A program made the position numbers and the translations under genes. A stretch of DNA of 64,000 nt. Origin: Candidatus Altimarinota bacterium (lineage in GTDB: Bacteria; Patescibacteriota; Gracilibacteria; 1-14-2-50-48-13). A model generated the notes under the pieces. That model ran no database searches and was not told the DNA's origin. It worked only from the letters and a program-made list of their open reading frames with translations. This document shows, piece after piece, positions 47,301 through 56,479 of the stretch; the first letter of the stretch is position 1; each line of letters starts with the position of its first letter. Where the stretch lies: assembly GCA_046314355.1 (NCBI GenBank), contig JBKBWQ010000001.1, positions 1,152,001 through 1,216,000 on the forward strand, in the 5' to 3' direction.

Positions 47301-48489
47301 TAATAGTGAAGACTGCATTAATAGACGGTACTGTAAGGACATTCAAACTTGTATCTTCTGCTGTGGGCATAGTAAGACTACCATCTATACTAAAAGTCGG
47401 ACTATCTATTTTTACAACGATACCTGGATCATCGTAGACAGCAAGGTACACCTTTTCAGTAGTAGGATCAAAGGTTGCACCATAGACGCTTCCTGCAGTT
47501 TGTGTAATGGACCCTTCTCTCGTAAATGTTGCCAGATCTATTTTTATAACATTATTTGCATTTTCAAAGGTCGTAAAATATGCTTTACCATTTACGCTAT
47601 CGATAGTGGCAGACCAAAGATATTCTTCTCCAGCATTAAGCGATAGTGTACCGTCAGTGGTAAAGTCGCTAAGCCGTATTCTTTCTATAAATCCCGGAGA
47701 ACTATTACCATCTCCTACATAGATATAGCCATTGTATACAGGTGTAGTGGCAGTCGCACTTACAACGTTAAGTGGAAGAGTAGTCCGCTGTGTAGGGTCA
47801 CTCATACTTACCTTTATCATCTGTGAAACTGGATAAGTACTTGTGACAAAGTATGCCTGTCCTGTTGCGGCGTCATAGGTTCCGCTCTGAATTGCGTCTT
47901 CACCTCCCCCTAATGTGTATACGCTTGTTTCTGTCATGGCTGCAAGATCTACTTTGATGACCTTGGCTGGATAACTATCCGTACCTATGAGAGCAGTCTG
48001 AGTTGTCTCATCAATGACTAGAGAACTACCATTATCTTCTCCTGCAGCAAGAGTCAAAACACTTACTACGCTGAAGTCACTGAGTCTTACCTTTGTAAGC
48101 TTCGTAGGCGACATATAGGATAGAAAATATGCATACCCATTTGTTGAGTCAATCTTTGCATCTATCAGACTATAATCATCTGTTTGTAAAAATCCGGCAT
48201 ATGAAAAATCGCTGAGTTTTACTTTTGTGATACCTCCGTTAGAATAATTTCCCAAGTAGAGATATCCGTTTGTACTATCAATGGCGCTCGCCCAATAGTC
48301 CTCGGCAGCACCGGTTGCGGTAAATTGATCTATCTTTCTGATATTTGGCTCAGGGTACGTGGTACTTCCTGGAGTAACTGTTCCAACTGTTGCTGCATTT
48401 GCTAAAGGTGCAGCAATGAGCAGAAAAGTAAGCAAGACCTTAAGAAATGGCTTGCTTAGAGCAAGAATGCGTTTTTGAAGTCTGAACAT
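44368..48489 (-). CDS. Large surface protein: beta-propeller repeats, Ig/Calx-like and Fn3-like domains, linker and C-terminal SLH
   Basis: Signal peptide, many ~43-aa repeats (ID...AY...P..I.KI.L..F), FTTSNWN Ig-like unit, Asn/Thr linker, and SLH motifs (SRSEM, GYLTDGTYKP..SRAEA, FHPNDLASRE). Confidence 0.82.
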   Translation of the reverse strand: MFRLQKRILALSKPFLKVLLTFLLIAAPLANAATVGTVTPGSTTYPEPNIRKIDQFTATGAAEDYWASAIDSTNGYLYLGNYSNGGITKVKLSDFSYAGFLQTDDYSLIDAKIDSTNGYAYFLSYMSPTKLTKVRLSDFSVVSVLTLAAGEDNGSSLVIDETTQTALIGTDSYPAKVIKVDLAAMTETSVYTLGGGEDAIQSGTYDAATGQAYFVTSTYPVSQMIKVSMSDPTQRTTLPLNVVSATATTPVYNGYIYVGDGNSSPGFIERIRLSDFTTDGTLSLNAGEEYLWSATIDSVNGKAYFTTFENANNVIKIDLATFTREGSITQTAGSVYGATFDPTTEKVYLAVYDDPGIVVKIDSPTFSIDGSLTMPTAEDTSLNVLTVPSINAVFTITGNNPYKVIRINKDTLAREAEYAFPNNVWISIGDALTYDSFNNKLYVSTINPFGGFSPGSIYRLNADTLALEANLVLDQSVDAQQGYITSDGTTGYFITNAVASRIYKIDLASFTITSSTVLGGVYANASRIEVDPANNVAYTSVRDLGISQNKILKIDLSTMSVVSEITMTASESGFGSLGLRMDTTRNKLYVGTFGNPGTITAIDTTTFTRGSNLVFNAGENTARTFSIAPDRGFGYVATVVSGSSKIIKFDLDTLTRIGTYTSTFSDQIMDMNYSSDDGMLYAPTYSFPGVIHKLTTSYKGLTLGTKITLASPATSVNNLKFYSHSASGNVRLGLYSLAGNLLWDSGTIANTAGGDLITAPISSGTPSTLALAAGDYYLAFQIDDIASIPSYTLGGASSGIWAAAPTFGAFASSISAGTQSTENFTMNMLFNVYPIITETGGSTDVTEGGAADIFTIELSTAPTSDVTVSFTANGGLETSTPSVTFTTSNWNSPQVVEVSIPNDLTAGINRTATIDYTVSSLDTDYDGAATPSTTVNITDAGAAVVNALPTAPTNPFSNSQTATAQTGNASPSSITSTPVVFSSVFNDTNIGDTSSAYRIQIATDNAFTSIVQDTGAGGTAMTATAIGARSPDLSVLGFTPTSGTTYYWRIAFFDAVGQGAFSASSSFQYTAPVAVPAPSFSGGGGGYTSTVPTTVNANINAPTVNSNTNSVHSAPDENTNTNNTTTSPNTQTNSNSTTNNTAPRDADINISQPAPLLSRDRLGKLLHLPSSIDPTQNICTASSATARFTDISNDTLRDFVVALQLKGVAFDTEMGSFRPADKLSRSEMLRIVVQGSCEIFAQTVVKTAPFPDVLISHKDALYITLAKMRHIISGYLTDGTYKPDNNISRAEALKIILEVVLGDGTNTFSGAARPYKDIAWDDAQSWYNKYVSYAFEKGIIGPSTDETFHPNDLASREDIIWMFASTIKYRQQQ

Positions 48490-48565
48490 TTTTGTGTTGA
48501 AGAGAAGTAATACACTATAAGTATATCACACACTATATTTAAATATTGTAAAATATCTTCAAATT

Positions 48566-49930
48566 CTATGAACACTGCTGCACATACAACTTAAATTGTT
48601 TTCCCTTATCCTCAAAATTCTTAAAAATGCTATAACTTGGAGATGCGCAGGAGAGAAGACAGATAGTATCAGCAGGAGTTGAACTATATGCATCTTGTAC
48701 ACAGTGCTGCATATCTGAAACAAAAGAATGTGACGGTAGTTCCATTGCTGCTGCGTTCTCAGAGATAATATCCCAGATCTTTTTACCTGAATCTGGAAGC
48801 AGTATGATGTGAGAGATTTTGTTTTCTAAAACTACTTTGGCAAGCTCTGCAAAATCATATCCTCTATCAAGCCCACCTAAAATAATGGTACCGATCTTTT
48901 TAGGCATGGCATTGATGGCAGCGATTGTTGATTCGGGAGTAGTGGAGATAGCATCATTGTAGAATGTGATTCCTCTAAAGGTTCCGACTTCTTCCAGGCG
49001 GTGCTCGAGTCCCGTAAACTCTGATACGGTATCTTCTATAGTTTTATTATTCACACCGTAGTGTTTTACCACTCCGATCACTCCCAGGATATTCTCAAGA
49101 TTATGTTTTCCGATAAGCTGAATCTTTTCGAGATAGACCACCTTTTCATTTTTATAGTAAAGCCCGTCTTCTTTTATCTGACTTATATTTCCATCGTTAA
49201 AAGGAGCTTTTACACACGTCAGATTCTCTGCAAACTCTACAACTTTCTCTGACTGGGCATTATATACAAAAATGTCATCTGTTTTCATATTTTTTGCAAT
49301 ACTGCTCTTTGCCTTAAAGTATTCTTCTATATTACCATGATGATCTATATGGTCAGGGAAGAAGCTGGTAAATACTCCCACATGCGGCGCATATTTGAAG
49401 TCTTCAAGCTGATAACTCGACATTTCAAAGACATAGAGCTGGTCAGGAGTTTCTTTACCTAGATATGCGATAGCCGGTTCTCCGATATTTCCGATAAGTT
49501 CCACATTCTTACCCGCATTCTTTAGTATCTGATAAATAAGGGTAGAAGTAGTACTTTTTCCCTTTGATCCGGTGACAGCGATGATCTCTGCTGTGGTATT
49601 TGCATAGAAAATATTTGTAGAAGAGGTTATAGTTTGCCCTCTTTCTACTGCTGCTTTGATGCTTGGATCAAGATAAGAAAGACCTGGGATCTTGATAATA
49701 ATATCAAATTTTTCAAGATGACTGAGGTACTGTTCCTTCAGTAAAAGTTCAGGCTTGTATGTACCTATAAGTTTTTGAGCATCTGCGGGAAACTCCTCTA
49801 GTGCTCTCGTATCAGTAATTGTAATTCTACTCTCAGGAAGATTTTTTTTCAGAAAAGAAAAAGTAGCCATGCCTTCGCGGGCGAAGCCGATGATGAGGAT
49901 AGATTTATTTTTGAGTTCTTGAAGATCCAT
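48566..49930 (-). CDS. murD: UDP-MurNAc-L-Ala--glutamate ligase (MurD; probably MurD2 type)
   Basis: GFAREG, VTGSKGKSTT, GNIG, EMSSYQL, DHIDHH, HRLE, NDAISTTP, GGLDRG and ASPSY..FKNFEDKG motifs. Confidence 0.92.
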   Translation of the reverse strand: MDLQELKNKSILIIGFAREGMATFSFLKKNLPESRITITDTRALEEFPADAQKLIGTYKPELLLKEQYLSHLEKFDIIIKIPGLSYLDPSIKAAVERGQTITSSTNIFYANTTAEIIAVTGSKGKSTTSTLIYQILKNAGKNVELIGNIGEPAIAYLGKETPDQLYVFEMSSYQLEDFKYAPHVGVFTSFFPDHIDHHGNIEEYFKAKSSIAKNMKTDDIFVYNAQSEKVVEFAENLTCVKAPFNDGNISQIKEDGLYYKNEKVVYLEKIQLIGKHNLENILGVIGVVKHYGVNNKTIEDTVSEFTGLEHRLEEVGTFRGITFYNDAISTTPESTIAAINAMPKKIGTIILGGLDRGYDFAELAKVVLENKISHIILLPDSGKKIWDIISENAAAMELPSHSFVSDMQHCVQDAYSSTPADTICLLSCASPSYSIFKNFEDKGKQFKLYVQQCS

Positions 49931-50151
49931 AAATTAATTCTACGTAATGTAGGCTTAGTGTAGTAGGAAACTACTAAAATGGAAACTAAAAATTTATTGC
50001 TACTGTTGTAAATTTTTATGAACACTTCTTCAGAAATGTAGTTTCAAAGTTTATAGAAATACTTATGCTCATTCTATAATATCAGTGATCTTTACTCGTA
50101 ATTACCTTTTATGTTACAATTTCTATGAAATTAATTAATTTAGATAATTTT

Positions 50152-50403
50152 ATGAATTATACATTAAAGCTTTTTAATACAGGACAAGTAACCCTGCCAA
50201 AGAAATGGAGGGAAAAATATTCTACTGAGCATTTTACTGCAGAAGAAACTGTAGATGGATTACTTATACGCCCTTTGATCGTAGATGAAGAACAAGATGT
50301 AGTATACTACGAAAACAAAGAAGGGTTTGGAATCTACTCAAATAAGGGATTAGATGCCACGAAGATTTTAGAAGAGATTACTAAGCTTCATGGACAAGAT
50401 TAA
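50152..50403 (+). CDS. AbrB/MazE/SpoVT-family antitoxin
   Basis: GQVTLPKKWR swapped-hairpin motif; overlaps the next gene by 14 nt. Confidence 0.8.
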   Translation: MNYTLKLFNTGQVTLPKKWREKYSTEHFTAEETVDGLLIRPLIVDEEQDVVYYENKEGFGIYSNKGLDATKILEEITKLHGQD

Positions 50404-50629
50404 TAAATTCCTAAAGAATCTTTCTCACAGCGAAAGAGAGCTTTTAAGAGAAATTATTCTGCGGATTGTTCAGAATAATCTAGAGACACTAGATGTAAAA
50501 AAGCTTCAAAGTACGAAGAATTTATACCGCATACGAAAGGGAAATATTAGAATAGTATTTGTGAAACAGAAGTCTCAGAATGTGCTCATAAACATTTATT
50601 TTAGAAAAGATGCCTATAAGGATTTATAA
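50390..50629 (+). CDS. RelE/ParE-family toxin
   Basis: KKLQ...LYRIRKGNIRIVF...RKDAY; basic, 79 aa. Confidence 0.8.
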   Translation: MDKINKFLKNLSHSERELLREIILRIVQNNLETLDVKKLQSTKNLYRIRKGNIRIVFVKQKSQNVLINIYFRKDAYKDL

Positions 50630-50650
50630 GCATTGCGGTAGGAGGTATCA

Positions 50651-50678
50651 TTGACTTTTTCTAGTATCAGTCTAGGAT
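50651..50678 (+). promoter_or_regulatory. Sigma70-like promoter
   Basis: TTGACT-N16-TAGGAT, with AAAGGAG before the ATG at 50724. Confidence 0.6.
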
Positions 50679-50723
50679 CTGTCAAAATAAAAATTATTAC
50701 AGACAAAATCTAAAGGAGAAAAA

Positions 50724-51122
50724 ATGAACAGATCACTAGCAATAGGAACAGGAATAGGATTTATGGTCTACATACTACTTTGTATTATGGCACTTAAATT
50801 ATCGGATTCCTTTGGTATTACGGTGGATGGAGATATGGGAATGGTGGGTTATATCCGGGCATGGATATTCGTTATAGGAGTGGGATTTGTTCCTGCAGCT
50901 ATTATAGCGAGAGAAAAATATAATGAATATCAAGAGAAGCCGGCTTTAAGTTTTCTTATTGGTGCGGCACATCCTTTATTGCTACTGACAATCGTATTCA
51001 TTCTTTTAAGACTTGCTGTAGGAGCGGAACAAACTGGAATGATGACAACTCTTGGCGCCGGATATGTATGTAACTTTTTCGTACTTGGCTGGTTTGCATA
51101 CCGTCACTTTCCCAAAGAATAA
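50724..51122 (+). CDS. Hypothetical 4-TM membrane protein
   Basis: Four hydrophobic segments, strong SD and a downstream terminator. Confidence 0.75.
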   Translation: MNRSLAIGTGIGFMVYILLCIMALKLSDSFGITVDGDMGMVGYIRAWIFVIGVGFVPAAIIAREKYNEYQEKPALSFLIGAAHPLLLLTIVFILLRLAVGAEQTGMMTTLGAGYVCNFFVLGWFAYRHFPKE

Positions 51123-51144
51123 AAAACAAAGAATGCTTCAAATA

Positions 51145-51188
51145 ATAAAAAAGCCCTGAAGATCTAAAAATCCTAGGGCTTATTTTAT
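51145..51188. terminator. Bidirectional terminator
   Basis: AAGCCCT...AGGGCTT flanked by A and T runs. Confidence 0.6.
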
Positions 51189-51207
51189 AGTATGAGACAA
51201 ACGATCT

Positions 51208-52581
51208 TTATATAAATAACTTTTGGATTTCTTCCGGCATTGTCTTTGTGAGAGTAGTTGCCATTACTTCCTTCTCCCATTCTTCATACTCTGTAAACCC
51301 AGGCATATATTCCTTTTCAAACATCTCCATCATTAGGCTTCCTTTAAATTCTCCCTTCTCTCTTACCTTATAAAAAGCAACTGCACTCTCTTTCGGCGTA
51401 CCCACACACTCAAAGGGCTTATGACCTTCAAGTCCAAGCAACTCCTTATATGTTTTCAGCTGATCATCATCTTCAAAAAGATCTGCTCCAAAGATCTCAA
51501 GAAGTTTCGCTTTAGGCAAAAAGGCTGCAAGCATGAGAAATACAAAGGCGCACTTTTCACACTTTCCGCACCACAGGGTGGACGGAGCTTGTTTGTTGAT
51601 AGTGAAGTTACGGTTGCAGCTTGAAAAAATGGAAAGATAATCTCTCTCGGGTTCAGATGTCTTTTTACTATGAGTATATCCATGTGAAGCTGCAAACTGT
51701 TCAGTAATTTTTAGTTCATACCATGGACGGAGAAGACTGTAATACTCTATAGAAGGAGATATATACTTCTTTATATATGCATGCAGCATTTCTTCAAATT
51801 CATAACTCTTTGAATACTGATGATTCACCATCATTCCAAGATACTCTACCATCCCTTCATCAGCACTTTTTTCCAGAGAGAAGACGATATCAGAATATCC
51901 GTAAAGGATGCAGCAGATGACCATCACAAAAGAAATATATGCTGTGATCGGTACGTGACCATTCCAGACTGTACCTGATTTATTCCATTCAAAAAGTAAT
52001 GGATCCATTTCACGTTTGATAAGCAGCCATGGCTTTCCTATCTTTTCTACACAAGGTTTGATAGGTCCGTGAGCGTGAACACTAAAGGAAGTGAACCCCT
52101 TATTGTTTTTAAATAAAAGCTCTGCGGAGACGAGAGAGTCTTTTCCTCCTCCGATAGGAAGCAGCACTCCGTTTGGCAGATCCAGCTCTTTAGATGCAGC
52201 AGCTTCTCTATCTATATATGGAAAATGTACAAGGTCTCTAAAATCAATCTGATTCTTAAAGAAGAACTCGCCGAGTCCTTTTGTATATAATGTATCCCAG
52301 AATGCAGCTTGATCTTTATCAAGAGAACCGCTCTTTATAGTCATCTCCTTTGGAAGTGTAGTTTTCCAATACCCTATGCCACCTATAAGATGAAGATTGA
52401 AGAAAGCCGTCTCGAGAGCATTTTGGTTTACTTTATTCCAATTAATATTCTCTACAGGGAAATATATTTTCTCTTCAAATTTATCTTCATCAAGAGAGTA
52501 CACTAATGAAAGTGCGCCTGTTTCCTTATTGAATTGGTAGTTTTCAAATGTGAAGTTTTGATGTGTCCGTTTGTCTGTCAT
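51208..52581 (-). CDS. murL: UDP-MurNAc-L-Ala-L-Glu epimerase (MurL)
   Basis: PP-loop GGGKDS, NGHVPIT, NHQYSKS, FSSCNRNF, WCGKCEKC and KPFECVG motifs; same strand as and upstream of murD. Confidence 0.85.
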   Translation of the reverse strand: MTDKRTHQNFTFENYQFNKETGALSLVYSLDEDKFEEKIYFPVENINWNKVNQNALETAFFNLHLIGGIGYWKTTLPKEMTIKSGSLDKDQAAFWDTLYTKGLGEFFFKNQIDFRDLVHFPYIDREAAASKELDLPNGVLLPIGGGKDSLVSAELLFKNNKGFTSFSVHAHGPIKPCVEKIGKPWLLIKREMDPLLFEWNKSGTVWNGHVPITAYISFVMVICCILYGYSDIVFSLEKSADEGMVEYLGMMVNHQYSKSYEFEEMLHAYIKKYISPSIEYYSLLRPWYELKITEQFAASHGYTHSKKTSEPERDYLSIFSSCNRNFTINKQAPSTLWCGKCEKCAFVFLMLAAFLPKAKLLEIFGADLFEDDDQLKTYKELLGLEGHKPFECVGTPKESAVAFYKVREKGEFKGSLMMEMFEKEYMPGFTEYEEWEKEVMATTLTKTMPEEIQKLFI

Positions 52582-52700
52582 GAGTCTAGGTGCAGTGATA
52601 GTGGAAAGATAGTAGCAAAGTTCTCTGACTTTGGCAAAAGAACTCTCTTTGTATATGAATTTTACAAACTAATAATATATGTTTTTGTATAGAAAAAATA

Positions 52701-52728
52701 TTGACTAATTTATCAAAAAGACTAATAT
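52701..52728 (+). promoter_or_regulatory. Sigma70-like promoter
   Basis: TTGACT-N16-TAATAT, with AAAGGAGG before the ATG at 52785. Confidence 0.6.
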
Positions 52729-52784
52729 CCGCCTGCCAAAATTTGGCTATTATGATTATTATCTTATGAAAGGAGGACCTTGTC

Positions 52785-53342
52785 ATGAGATTTGGTCTAC
52801 TAATAGGAGTATTTCTCATTTACCTGTACTTTGGTCCCTGGGCATTTGAGAGCGGTATCGCTTCAGCAAGGCATTCACTAGCAACTGGGGACGGGATCGC
52901 ATCTATAGTACTTGTGCCGGTGATAATTGTTGCTGTTATAGCTGGAGTTATCATTGCATTAGGAGTCCACTTTTCTGCCCCAATAGGGGCAGGATATGCA
53001 AAGATAAAACTTGCTAAAGATATAGTAACAGCTGTTGCTCCTCAAAAAGTTAAAGATGGGGTTACTCATTTGAAGGATTCATTCTTTGACTGGCTGAGTG
53101 ATTTAGCTGAAGACTTCATTGCTCCGCCTGCAGTAAGTCTAGGAGGGGCAACTCTGACTATTGTGGCAATATGGTGTCTCAGTAGATATGGATACCTGAT
53201 GCTGAAGATAACTTCAGGACGCAATATAGTGTATGTAATATTAGCTTTAATAGTTATTGTGACATGCAACTATTGGATTCTTAAAGTTCTTGGCTTTGTC
53301 GAAGACTTTATAAATTGGAGGGAAGAGAGAGATATTCCATGA
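52785..53342 (+). CDS. Hypothetical membrane protein
   Basis: About 4 hydrophobic segments, strong SD and a terminator. Confidence 0.72.
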   Translation: MRFGLLIGVFLIYLYFGPWAFESGIASARHSLATGDGIASIVLVPVIIVAVIAGVIIALGVHFSAPIGAGYAKIKLAKDIVTAVAPQKVKDGVTHLKDSFFDWLSDLAEDFIAPPAVSLGGATLTIVAIWCLSRYGYLMLKITSGRNIVYVILALIVIVTCNYWILKVLGFVEDFINWREERDIP

Positions 53343-53345
53343 AAA

Positions 53346-53380
53346 AAACCCTATACACTTTTGGTATAGGGTTTATTTTT
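53346..53380. terminator. Bidirectional terminator
   Basis: AAACCCTATAC...GTATAGGGTTT. Confidence 0.75.
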
Positions 53381-53384
53381 TATA

Positions 53385-54122
53385 TTACTTTAAAATTCTT
53401 ATTGTATCCTCATCTATAAACTGCACATCTTGACCAAGGCTTAAGTACACAAACTTTGTCTTATCCTTCTGGAATTCAAAGAATGTTTTTGCGTTTGTCC
53501 ATCCGTAGGCACCGCAGTATCCCCAAGCTGGTTCTCCTTTTGCTTCAGCATCAGCGAGTACTTTATCATTTGGATCAATAGTATAACGTACTGCTCCTAC
53601 TGCAGATGCAGGTATATCAAGCTTTGTAAGTTCACAGTTCTGCTGCTCTTCAGTTCCTAGTTTGGATACGAAGAGGCGTTTTAGGACTGCTTCGTCTGTC
53701 TCATCTCCCTGTTTATAAAACACTGTCATTACAGGATACTGGTCTGCAGATCCGTCTGAGTTTACAAGCTTATTATCTTTCCACATATAAGGCAGCTTTG
53801 TTTTATCTTCTCCGCATGTCTGCTCAAGAAATTGCACTCCAAGTTCTTCGTTTTTTATTTCCTGCCAGCTGCAGCCTTCCGCAGGTGCTCTTGAAGGAAT
53901 GATACTTCCCACCTCTGCAAAACTTGGCTCTGCAACATTTTGATTAGTGATACTCAAAAGTCCCATGGAGGTATTACTATTTATATTCTCTATACTATTA
54001 TTATTTACTATTGGATTATTTGTATTTGAGGACTGAGAACTGAAAGGAATCTCAACTGAACAGGAAGTAATGAGAAGGATTCCTGAGAAAACAACAGAAA
54101 AGCGCTTGTATAGTAAGTTCAT
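53385..54122 (-). CDS. Putative lipoprotein
   Basis: Lipobox-like LLITSC, Asn/Ser linker and a Cys-containing domain (YCGAYG). Confidence 0.72.
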   Translation of the reverse strand: MNLLYKRFSVVFSGILLITSCSVEIPFSSQSSNTNNPIVNNNSIENINSNTSMGLLSITNQNVAEPSFAEVGSIIPSRAPAEGCSWQEIKNEELGVQFLEQTCGEDKTKLPYMWKDNKLVNSDGSADQYPVMTVFYKQGDETDEAVLKRLFVSKLGTEEQQNCELTKLDIPASAVGAVRYTIDPNDKVLADAEAKGEPAWGYCGAYGWTNAKTFFEFQKDKTKFVYLSLGQDVQFIDEDTIRILK

Positions 54123-54598
54123 GTGGAAGATAAAAAAATATATGTGTATTTTAACACGGATGGGACTATCAACTCAAAAATATTTATAAAAATGAATGAC
54201 AGTATGTGACGGATATAAGACGATAGTTCCATATTTTAGAAGACATATCGTTTTTCATCCTGGTAGAAGATAGTGGCTATCTATTGTATAACGATCTTTT
54301 GTGTGCTTTTGATTAGTTGTTTTTGTAGAATTATCCGCATTAATAGATGCCGCTACAAAGGAATATATAGAGTATGAAGAGAGAAGAATAAGTATGGAGA
54401 AAAAGATAATAAGAAACTGGAGTGTAGAAAGTATAAGATACTATACTTTTACTATTACATCTTATAGCAAAATTTTTTAGAGAGGAGAGAGGGCAAGGTA
54501 AGAGATATTTTTTTGAAAAAAGAGGGGCTCTTATTTCCTTTATTAGAGCCATTATTTTTCGGCAGTGGACATTTTACTGTTTTTCTTGTGAAAAAGTG

Positions 54599-54626
54599 TT
54601 GACTTTATTTTGCTAATCCGTAAGAT
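54599..54626 (+). promoter_or_regulatory. rRNA promoter
   Basis: TTGACT-N16-TAAGAT with an upstream A-tract, about 130 nt before the 16S gene. Confidence 0.75.
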
Positions 54627-54672
54627 ACATCTCGCATCCTGGTTCGAAAGAACGCACGGATGAGTTGGACCT

Positions 54673-54708
54673 TTGATATCTAGAGTGTAGTAGACAAAAT
54701 TACTTGGT
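54673..54708 (+). other. 16S leader strand of the processing stem
   Basis: Pairs with 56296-56331: 30 Watson-Crick pairs, 5 G-U pairs and 1 mismatch over 36 nt. Confidence 0.85.
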
Positions 54709-54758
54709 AAGTAATATGGATGCTCTGCTTATTAGTTTATACTAGTAATGCAACATTT

Positions 54759-56242
<1,484 letters not shown>

Positions 56243-56295
56243 CCAGATTTTTTTTGGATAATGGTCGACACACGGAACTTCGGTTCTGTGGAGAG

Positions 56296-56331
56296 ATCAA
56301 GTAATTTTCTCTACTACGCTTTGGGTATCAA
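56296..56331 (+). other. 16S trailer strand of the processing stem
   Basis: Complementary to 54673-54708. Confidence 0.85.
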
Positions 56332-56356
56332 TCGCATCAAAGGCGACATATATACT

Positions 56357-56388
56357 AAAAAAGCTCATCAGAAATGATGGGCTTTTTT
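56357..56388 (+). terminator. Terminator of the 16S transcript
   Basis: AAAAAAGCTCATCA-GAAA-TGATGGGCTTTTTT. Confidence 0.85.
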
Positions 56389-56479
56389 GTGCGTTGAAAT
56401 AGTTGGCTATATATAGGTATAGTCGCTTTTTTTAGCTGAATATGGTACTATATAAAGAATACTTTTTCTTCTCTCTCAT

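Noticed and set aside
54123-54590. Long AT/purine-rich spacer with a short ORF (54340..54552)
   Set aside because: No credible protein features; consistent with divergent promoter and upstream rRNA regions.
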